This document shows positions 53,001 to 62,515 of a stretch of 64,000 nt of DNA, piece by piece. Both the position numbers and the translations under genes were made by a program. This stretch comes from Chiloscyllium plagiosum (Eukaryota), in the NCBI RefSeq assembly GCF_004010195.1, contig NC_057719.1:6614517-6678516 (forward strand), read 5' to 3'. Within the stretch, counting starts at the first letter, position 1. Each line of letters starts with the position of its first letter. Under the pieces are notes generated by a model. It had not been told where the DNA came from. It worked only from the letters and a program-made list of their open reading frames with translations, and ran no database searches.

Positions 53001-53250
53001 CCTGCTGCGCTTTTCCAGCAACACATTTTCAGCTCTGATCTCCAGCATCTGCAAGCCCTCACTTTCTCCTATTGACCCATCTGATCAAGATCCTGTTGTA
53101 CTCCAAGGTAACTTTCTTCGCTGTCCACTACACCTCCAAGTCTTGGTGTCATCTGCAAATTTGCTAACCATACCTCTTATGTTAGACTATAACCTGGTGT
53201 CCTGTGACTTCTGACCTTGTCCACCACAGTCCAACATGGGCATGTTCTAA
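50012..53250. mobile_element. Inverted pair of Penelope-like GIY-YIG fragments (about 1 kb arms); right arm interrupted by a CR1 (about 52031-53180)
   Basis: NVVCLIRCRQGCPEARYIGETMQMLQQRMNGH on plus (51229-51480), with the homologous sequence on minus at 50430-51050. Terminal GTCAGAAGTCAC (50012) and GTGACTTCTGAC (about 53204). Confidence 0.8.
52942..52975 (+). ncRNA. Minimal hammerhead ribozyme motif (family A)
   Basis: ttc-CTGAAGA-a-GGGC(tcat)GCCC-GAAA-CG-TC-gat. Confidence 0.75.
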
Positions 53251-53428
53251 AATGGAAGGAAAAGACATTCAAGTTGAACTGTATAGCAACTTGCATTTAT
53301 TTAGGGAAATGTGTCCAGGTTTGAGAACTCTGCAGCTAAAGGAGCTCTTTAAAGTCCAAATTGAGAAAAGCTTTCACGAGTTTTCTTCTTGTTTATTCCC
53401 CGGGACTGTGCTGGCCTCTGGGGACGGT

Positions 53429-53845
53429 CTAGCGCATTTTCCCGTATCGATTGAAACGTTTGTAGAGGTAGCGGATTCTCTTGTTGAGGTTGTGAAGGTC
53501 TGCCTCGAACATTCGCTCGCCCACGAAGCGTCTCTTTCTCAGGCAGCGCTGCAGCTCGTTGCCCCTGAAGCCTCGGAGCCAGGCGGGGCCGCGGATCAGG
53601 GCGCGGGGGTGCACGGTGAAGCCGCCCAGGATCCCCACGTTATCGAACACGCCAAACATCGCCCTCTTCTCCGTCCATCGGTCCACCGCTCTCGGCTTGG
53701 GGATCGCGTGCATCCGGATTAAAGCCGGGACGCCGAGGGTAAACGGCCTCTGGGAGGTGAAGGACGGGCAGCCCCCACTCAGAGCCGTCCAACCCCAACG
53801 GAGAACCGAAGCCACCGCAGACCAATGTCTCCTGGACACCGCCAT
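53429..53845 (-). CDS. MRPL51: Mitochondrial ribosomal protein L51, intronless intact ORF (138 aa), probable retrocopy
   Basis: MAVSRRH...[90 protein letters not shown] closely matches human MRPL51 ([21 protein letters not shown]...GNELQRCIRK...[13 protein letters not shown]). Kozak-like ggcATGG. AATAAA at 53397-53392, just downstream of the stop. Confidence 0.93.
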   Translation of the reverse strand: MAVSRRHWSAVASVLRWGWTALSGGCPSFTSQRPFTLGVPALIRMHAIPKPRAVDRWTEKRAMFGVFDNVGILGGFTVHPRALIRGPAWLRGFRGNELQRCLRKRRFVGERMFEADLHNLNKRIRYLYKRFNRYGKMR

Positions 53846-54468
53846 GCCATTTATTTTACAGAGAATTTGAAAGTGAAACTGCAGCAGAGTGTGCATAGGC
53901 TCCACCCGGTGGCTTTTGTATGCATTTCCTTTCTGACGTTGCATTTATAGTTGGCTCTGAGCACTGGGGTGCAACTCTTGTCTCTGTGGGTAGTAAATAC
54001 AGTACTTTTAAAAACCTGTCCAGGCTCTCTCCTCTAGAGCAGGTGAGATTTGAACACGGCTCTCCTGATTCACAAGCAAGGGCACCGCTGCTCCACCACA
54101 ATCAATATCCCGACCTGACCAATTCCTCAAAGATACATCTGTATCTGAATATGATGAGGAGGTACTGGGGTGGACAGTTTCAGAAGTGGAAAAGCACAGG
54201 TCTTATGAGGAAAGGCTGAGAGACTTGGGTCTGTTCTCATTGGAGAGAAGAAGGCTAAGAGGGTATTTGATCGAGACATACAAGATGGTCAGAGAATTAG
54301 ATAGGAATGATGATATCAGCTTCTACGAGGGGGCATAGCTACAAACTGAGGGGTGATAAATTTAAGACAGATGTCAGAGGCAGGTTCTTTATTCAGAGAG
54401 CGATAAGGGCGTGGAATGCCTTACCTGCCAATGTAGTTAACTCAGCCACATTAGGGACATTTAAACAG

Positions 54469-55725
54469 AACCCCACTGGTCCTCACCTACCACCTCACTA
54501 ACCTCCATGTATCCGCCCTTGAACCCCGCCCCTCCAACCGCCACCAGGACAGAACCCCACTGGTCCTCACCTACCACCCCACTAACCTCCATGTATCTGC
54601 CCTTGAACCCCGCCCCTCCAACCGCCACCAGGACAGAACCCCACTGGTCCTCACCTACCACCCCACTAACCTCCATGTATCCGCCCTTGAACCCCGCCCC
54701 TCCAACCGCCACCAGGACAGAACCCCACTGGTCCTCACCTACCACCCCACTAACCTCCATGTACAGCGCATCATCCGCCGTCATTTCCGCCACCTCCAAA
54801 CGGACCCCACCACCAAGGATATATTTCCCTCCCCTCCCCTACCAGCATTCCGTAAAGACCACTCCCTCCGTGACTCCCCCGTCAGANNNNNNNNNNNNNN
54901 NNNNNNNNNNNNNNNNNNNNNNNNNNNNNNNNNNNNNNNNNNNNNNNNNNNNNNNNNNNNNNNNNNNNNNNNNNNNNNNNNNNNNNNNNNNNNNNNNNNN
55001 NNNNNNNNNNNNNNNNNNNNNNNNNNNNNNNNNNNNNNNNNNNNNNNNNNNNNNNNNNNNNNNNNNNNNNNNNNNNNNNNNNNNNNNNNNNNNNNNNNNN
55101 NNNNNNNNNNNNNNNNNNNNNNNNNNNNNNNNNNNNNNNNNNNNNNNNNNNNNNNNNNNNNNNNNNNNNNNNNNNNNNNNNNNNNNNNNNNNNNNNNNNN
55201 NNNNNNNNNNNNNNNNNNNNNNNNNNNNNNNNNNNNNNNNNNNNNNNNNNNNNNNNNNNNNNNNNNNNNNNNNNNNNNNNNNNNNNNNNNNNNNNNNNNN
55301 NNNNNNNNNNNNNNNNCCTTCATAATTTTATATGTTTATACAAGATCCGCCCCCCTCATTCTTCTGAATTCCAATGACTATAATCCCAGTCTACTCAGCC
55401 TCTCCTCATAAGCCAATCCCCTCAACTCCGGAATCAACCTAGTGAACCTCCTCTGCACCCCCTCCAGTGCCAGTACATCCTTTCTTAATTAAGGAAACTA
55501 AATCTGCACACAGTACTCCAGGTCTGTCCTATCACCCTCACCTTGACCTTTTTCCACCTATCACATTTCCGACGCCCCTCACCCAAGTCCCTCCTCCCTA
55601 TCTTTTATCTTAGCCTGCTGGACAAACTTTCCTCATTCCTGAAGAAGGGCTAATGCCCGAAACGTCGATTCTCCTGTTCCCTAGATGCTGCCTGACCTGC
55701 TGCGCTTCTCCAGCAACACATTTCC
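54469..55725 (+). mobile_element. 5'-truncated Penelope-like element inserted in a CR1, with an 84-bp tandem repeat at its 5' end
   Basis: TSD ACATTTAAACAG at 54457-54468 and 55726-55737. The repeats encode DRTPLVLTYHPTNL, a PLE RT/EN linker-like motif. Hammerhead-bearing terminus at 55630-55725. Confidence 0.82.
55636..55669 (+). ncRNA. Minimal hammerhead ribozyme motif (family A)
   Basis: ttc-CTGAAGA-a-GGGC(taat)GCCC-GAAA-CG-TC-gat. Confidence 0.75.
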
Positions 55726-55859
55726 ACATTTAAACAGTCTTTGGATAAGCACATGGATGATGATGGAATTGTGTAGGGTGGTGGGCTTAGGTCAGTGCAC
55801 AGGTCAGTGCAACATCGAGAGCCAAACAGCCTGTTCTGCGCTGTATTGTTCTATGCTTC

Positions 55860-58170
55860 TGATGCTCCAGGGAAAACAGCCCCAGCCTATTTAATCTCTC
55901 CCTGTAGCTCAAATCCTCCAACCCTGGCAACACCCTTGTAAATCTTTTCTGAACCCTATCACTTTTCACAACATGCTTCCAATAGGAAGGAGACCAGAAG
56001 TGCACACAATATTCTAACAGTGGCCTAACCAATGTCCTTTACAGCTGCAACATGACCTCCCAGCTCCTGTACTCAATGCTCTGACCAATAAAGGAAAGCA
56101 TAGCAAATGCCTTCTTCACTATCCTATCTACCTGCGACTCTACTTTCAAGGAACTACTTTCAACCTGCACTTCAAGGTCTCTTTGTTCAACAACACTCCC
56201 CAAGACCTTACCATTAAGTGTATAAGTCCTGTTAAGATTTGCTTTCCCAAAATGCAGCACCTCTCATTTATTTAAATTAAACTCCATCTGCTACTCCTCA
56301 GCCCATTGGCCATCTGGTCCAGATCCTGTTGTAATCTGAGGTAACCTCCTTTGCTGTCCAGTACACCTTCAATTTTGGTGTCATCTGCAAACTTACTAAC
56401 TATACCCTTACGCTCACATCCAAATCATTTATATAAATGAGGAAAAGTATTGGACGCAACACCGATCCTTGTGGGACTCCACTGGTCACAGGCCTCCAGC
56501 CCTCCACCACCACCCTGACTTGGTGTCAAAATAGAAGGGGGATGCTGAAAGCAGGCAAACTATCCAGTAACTAGTGATAAACTGTAAATGTTAACCTCAC
56601 TGTGCAGCAATATAGAGGCCCCGACTAACATTGCACGTATTGGTTCAATTCTGATTTGGTTAAAACGTGATTCACTCTGGAATTTTAGACTGGCTATGGT
56701 GCCATCAAACTACTATCAATTGTCTTTTTATTTTTTAAAAGTGAAAACATCTGGTTCCCATATGCCCTCCAGAGGGGAAAACAATGTTCCCTTGCCTGAC
56801 CTGGCCTACATGCCAAAAGCCGCCTTCACTGCCCCATCGACCTGTAACTTTACTTCCACAGGACCGTACACTTGAACTCCAAAATCCCTCTGTTCCACTA
56901 AATTCCTTAAGGCCCTACCATTCACCATGAAACTCCTACCCTGATTTGACTTTCTAAAATCCAAGACCTCACACTTATAACTCCATTGCCATTTCTCAGC
57001 CCAGTTCCCCAGCTGATCGAGGTCCTGCTGCAACTTCTGATGACCTTCCTCACTGTCCATGATACCCACCCATTTTAGTGTAATCTGCAAATTTACTAAT
57101 CATGCCTTGTGCATTCTCATCCAACTCATTGATACAAACACCAATAAGTTTGTTACTGGAGTTTTCAAACTCAACACACACAACTTTTTTAATGTTTACC
57201 AATATCAGGATTCTAACTTAGGAAATCTTGGATATTGTTCTCAAGATTTGTGAGGATATAAATAGGAGACTATAACTTTTATACTTGTGCAGTGGACTAG
57301 ATTGAGTGAAGTGTAGGTAGAGTGCTACTTCACCTGGAAGGTGTGTTTGGGCCCTTGGATACAAATTTAAAAATCTGTTTACCTTCCCCTTAAATGTGTT
57401 CAGTGCCCCGGGCCCATTGCACTCTGGGCGAGTGAATTCCGTGAAGAATTCACAAGAATACAAATTCAAGGGCAAAAGCTGCATGAGAGGACAGTGCTGA
57501 TTAGTTGGCTGATCTGACTCCCTGTTTGTATTGCTTTTCAAGACTTATGGTCTGTTCCTGTGGTAGTCTGAGTTTTCTTTGTCTGTTGTAGGTTGAGTGT
57601 TTGAGCTTTGACTGGTTTTGCAGTCAGGTGTGTTTTAATGAGGAAAGATTGAGCAGTTTAGGCCTATACTCACTAATAGGAGGTAAAAACAATGACTGCA
57701 GATGTGGGAAACCAGATTCTGGATTAGTGTTGCTGGAAGAGCACAGCAGTTCAGGGAGCATCCAAGGAGCTTCGAAATCGATGTTTCGGGCAAAAGCCCT
57801 TCATCAGGAGATGAAGGGCTTTTGCCCGAAACGTCGATTTTGAAGCTCCTTGGATGCTGCCTGAACTGCTGTGCTCTTCCAGCACCACTAATCCAGACTC
57901 TATACTCACTAATGTTGAGAAGGATGAGAGGAGATCTAATTGAGATCTTTCAAATGCTAAAGGGGATTAACAAAATGAATGGTTTCCCTGTGGGTTAATC
58001 CAGAAAGAGAGGTCATAATTTGAGGTTAAGAAGTGGCAGATTTTAAAAAAAAAATGAGGAGGAATTACTTCTCTTAAAGGGTTGTGAATTTGTAGAATTC
58101 ACTTGCTTAGAGTGCAATGGGTCCAGGGCACCGAACACATTTAAGGGGAAGGTAAACAGATTTTAAAATT
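55860..58170. mobile_element. CR1 fragments (- 55860-56515, - 56800-57130, + 57630-58170)
   Basis: VRPLLEYCVHFWSP, LHFGKAN...EQRDL and RRMRGDLIE motifs. Further CR1 3' fragments at 48020-48585, 61135-61355 and 63590-64000. Confidence 0.82.
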
Positions 58171-58174
58171 TGTA

Positions 58175-58855
58175 TCCAAGGGCCCAAACACACCTTCCAG
58201 GTGAAGTAGCACTTTACCTGCACTTCACTCAATCTAGTCCACTGCATTCACTGCTCATAATGTGCTCTCCTGTACATTGGGTTCACAGAACACCTATGGT
58301 CTGTCCTCATAAAAGACCCTGAGAGGCTGGTTACCTGCCACTTCAACGCACCACCTTGTTCCCTGATCAACATCCCCATCTCAGACTTGATGCAGTGCTC
58401 CAGTGAAGATCAGTGCAAGCTGGAAGAACGGCACTTAGGTTTCCGCTTGGGAGTTCTAAGGCCTTCTGAACTCAAAGCAAATTCAACAATTTTAGGCTTC
58501 AGTCACCTTCTCACAAGTCCTTACCCCAACTCCACACGGCAGGCCTTATCATATGGTCTGCTGTTACACACAGCCCATTGTTAGCCACTAATAATTCCCA
58601 TTAGCAGCTATTCGTTCTCCTGGGCTGACCATTATCCACTCGTTTTTCTGTACAATTGTTCTTCTGTCTTTAGGCGTTCTCGCCACTATCATTGACTTCC
58701 CACCCCACCTTATTTTCAGCCTTTTCTGAGCTACCATCAATTCTAAGGAAGTCACTGGACCCGAAATGTTAAATCTGATTTCTCTCCACAGTTGCTGCCA
58801 GACTTGCTGAGATTTCTGTTTTTTGTTTCTGATTTCCGCATTGGCAGTTTCTTTT
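58175..58855 (+). mobile_element. Decayed Penelope-like fragment inserted in a CR1
   Basis: GIY-YIG remnant (GPKHTFQV, LLYIG, KLEERHLGFRLG) and a degenerate hammerhead terminus at about 58740-58845. Confidence 0.7.
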
Positions 58856-60139
58856 TTAAATTAGTAATGGGGTGAAAGATTATGGGGAGCAGGTAGGAAA
58901 GTGGAGTTGAGGCCGAGATGAGATTAGCCATGATCATATTAAATGGTGGAGCAGGCTCAAGGGGCTGAATTGCCTGTTCCTGCTCTTTGTTTTTAAGTTT
59001 TTCCTGTCTGATTCTGTCGCAGGTGTTTGGCTACCATCCAGCTGTGAGGCTTTTAAGGTTCTGAGCATTTCTGTACAGTATTTTCGTTCAGATGCTTGGC
59101 ATGTAGTCAAATGCTGCTTGTAAAGCATTTTATTTCCATTAATTCCTATTAACTTAAACAACATCTTTAATTTCTTCATTACATTGGTCACTTCCTTTAC
59201 TGTGTATAAATCATGGAATTGTAGCAACCACGCGATGAGGCCACTTGGCCCATCAAGTAAGTACTATATATGCTGATCCATTCGCCCCATTGTAGAAGGT
59301 CTTCCCGGAAAAAAAATTATAAATGTTTCATATTGCAAGCTCCAGAAGTATTTTTAAATGAATCTCGTGTTCTTCCAACATCCCTCCCCTGTGAAAATCA
59401 AATTGTCTGATCTCCAATCCATTCTTAATTATTGATGGTTTGAATCATTCTCCCGTGTCTTGTTCTTCCAATGTGATCTTTTCATTAACCTTTTAGACAA
59501 TCCCTTAACTCTGTCTTGATGCCTCTGTGAGATAATTTGTTGTTGGGTCCCTCTCTTTCTTCCCAGTTTTCCTCATTGGCCAGACCTGTAATTCTCTGCG
59601 GCAGCCTCTTGCTGCCTTGCTTCCAATCCTTGAAGAACAACCTTGCTTCTGAAACTGGACAAAATTTAAAAGAGTTGCCTTTTCTGCTGTCGTAACCTCA
59701 CAGCCAGTGAAATGGTCACTATCTGCCACATTTCCTATGTGAAAACGATCTGCTGAAAAATCCCACAAAAGAACATTGGCAGAGCAATGAATCATAAAAT
59801 TTATACAGCACAAAAATCAGGCCCTTTGGCCCATCCTGTCTGGGCTGGTCGTCAAGCATGTATCTATTCTAATCACTAATGGCAATGGAGAGAGATTGGG
59901 GGGAAAGTCTTACTAATTGGATATCTTACTTGAAGAACCAGCCCAGAATGAGCTAAATAGCTACCTCCTCTTTTGTATGATCAAGATTCTTGATCAAAAT
60001 ACACCTTCAAAAGGTACCTGGAGCATGAAGCAATCTTTTGATATTTTGGGGGAGGGTTTGTACTGTTTGGATTTCATGTGAGCTGTTTTTACTTGGCTCT
60101 AGTTGAAGATGATTTTGTTTTTCCTTTTAAATAAATCAG

Positions 60140-60235
60140 GTTTTTCGGGAATGTGATTTGGGTCAAAAAGGCTACCTGAGCAGAGAGGACCTCAAGGTTG
60201 CGGTGGTAGCTGCGTTTGGATATAAACCTTCAAAG
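60140..60235 (+). CDS. EFCAB11: EFCAB11 coding exon 2 (96 nt, first EF-hand)
   Basis: Polypyrimidine tract, then cag|GTT...AAG|gtaac. Encodes VFRECDLGQKGYLSREDLKVAVVAAFGYKPSK; human is VFKACDEDHKGYLSREDFKTAVVMLFGYKPSK. Head-to-head synteny with TDP1. Confidence 0.95.
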
Positions 60236-61567
60236 GTAACAGTGCTGCATCCGAATGATTCAGTCAAGCTTGTTTAAACCTGGCTTTAAAATGTCCTACC
60301 AGCTGTGACTCAAAGGATAGCGTTCATGCATCTGCCCCTGGAGGTTGTGGGTTCAAACCCCCAGCCAGGGTCTTGACCATAAAATATCAGGCCAACTCAG
60401 TGCTGATGCCAAGAATGAATCTGTAGGAACTGCTAAACTATCAAATGTAATACCTGTGGAAGGTTGTCACAGGCTGAGTCTTCTCTATTCTCTGTAATTC
60501 AGGACTGATCATGTGCAGTCACTTTTTAAAATCCGTTTTTGCTCCATAATTCCTTGATTGTAGAATCCTTCAGTACAGAAGAGCCCTTTAGCCCATCCAG
60601 TCTGTACTTACATTAGTCCCATTTTTGCTACACTAGGTTCATACCCTCAAATGTTATGACACTTCACGAGTCCATCCAAGTACTCTTTAAGGATTGCGAG
60701 GTTTCCTGCCTCAGCTATATTTCCAGGCATTTCATTTCAGGCCCCCACCACCCTCTGAGTGAAAACATTTTTCCTCAACTCCCCTCTAAGCCTGCTGCCT
60801 TTCACTTTAAAATTATGTTCCTTAGTACTTACCCTTCTACTAATGGGTACAGCTACTTAATAGTCACCTGTCCATCCCCTCATAATGTTATACCCCTCAG
60901 TTAGGTCCCCCCTCAACCTTCTCTGCTCCAAAGTAAAAAAAACTCTAACTTATCCAACCTCTATTCAGCTTCATTGCTGAAATGCTGCAAACCAGGCACC
61001 AGCCTGATGCCCTCCAGTCCGATCACATCCTCCTGACAATGTTATGACCAGAACTGCACACAGTTGGGCCACACGGGTGTCAAGCAATGACCATCTCTAA
61101 CAGATAATCTAGCTATTGCCCCTTGACATTCAAGAGTCATAGAGATGTACAACATGGAAACAGACCCTACGGTCCAACCTTTCCATGCCAACCAGATATC
61201 CCAACCCAATCTAGTCCCACCTGTCAGCACCCGGCCCATATCCCTCCAAACCCTTCCTATTCATATACCCATCCAAATGCCTCTTAAATGTTGCAACTGT
61301 ACCAACCTCCACCACATCCTCTGGCAGGTCATTCCATACATGTACCACCCTCTGTGAATAAAGAAATTATACAGTCACCACGGATACTACATCAGGGAAA
61401 ATCCTTGGCTTGTGCATCAGTTTGATCCACTTCGCAGGAAGACATGCATTCTATTTCTAATAGCACCTATGAGGAAGTGGGGTGTGGATTCACAGGAAAT
61501 TTTGGAGCTTAGGGCTGAGCTGTCTGAAGGCAGACAGTGGTGGAGTGATTTCAAATCAGACTTGTTC

Positions 61568-62515
61568 GAAGTTTGTGAGAAGATTTGTAGCTCGGGTGCT
61601 CGTTGTTGTGGTTCTGTTCGCCAAGCTGGGAATTTGTGTTGCAAACGTTGTAGTGTACAAAAATCCCATGCAAGGACTGCACAAAACACTACATAGGACA
61701 AACAGGAAGACAGCTAATGATCCGCATCCATGAACACCAACTAGCCACAAAACAACACGACCAGCTATCCTTAGTAGCCACACACGCAGATGACAAGCAA
61801 CATGAATTCAACTGGGACGACACTACTATTATAGGACAAGAGCTGAAAATGTGTTGCTGGAAAAGCGCAGCAGGTCAGGCAGCATCCAACGAACAGGAGA
61901 ATCGACGTTTTGGGCATGAGCCCTTCTTCAGGAATGAGGAAAGTGTGCCCAGCAGGCTAAGATAAAAGGTAGGGAGGAGGGACTTGGGGGAGGGGCGTTG
62001 GAAATGCGATAGGTGGAGGGAGGTCAAGGTGAGGGTGATAGGCCGGAGTGGGGGTGGGGCAGAGAGGTCAGGAAGAAGATTGCAGGTTAGGAAGGCGGTG
62101 CTGAGTTCGAGGGATTTGACTGAGACAAGGTGGGGGGAGGGGAAATGAGGAAACTGGAGAAATCTGAGTTCATCCCTTGTGGTTGGAGGGTTCCTAGGCG
62201 GAACATGAGGTGTTCTTCCTCCAGCCGTCGTGTTGCTATGGTCTGGCGATGGAAAGCCTAACCGAGAACAGCCAGGGAATTCCTAGAGGTATGGCACTCA
62301 TCCACAGATTCAATCAATTAGCACATCGATCTGGACCCAATATACTGGCCACTGCAACGGACAGCTAGAACTGACAACCAGAAACGGCAGATACAAATCA
62401 CTACAAATGGTGGAGGAAAGATCACAGAAGCGCTTCACAGGAGGATGTCACCTAGACAGGGGACGAAACGTCTTCAACACAAATTCCCAGCTCGGCGAAC
62501 AGAACCACAACAACA
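61568..62515 (+). mobile_element. Penelope-like fragment with inverted ends and a nested minus-strand PLE fragment (about 61840-62250)
   Basis: VVYKNPC..C.KHYIGQTGR..IRIHEHQLA motif. GTTGTTGTGGTTCTGTTCGCC (about 61601) and GGCGAACAGAACCACAACAAC (about 62494) are inverted termini. Confidence 0.82.

Noticed and set aside
53204-53722. 172-aa plus-strand ORF overlapping MRPL51
   Set aside because: It is an antisense shadow of a GC-rich coding sequence, has no recognisable domain, and starts inside a repeat.
53846-53944. 33-aa N-terminal extension of the MRPL51 ORF in the ORF track
   Set aside because: It is AT-rich flank with no similarity to MRPL51. The ATG at 53845 has the better context and gives the expected protein length.
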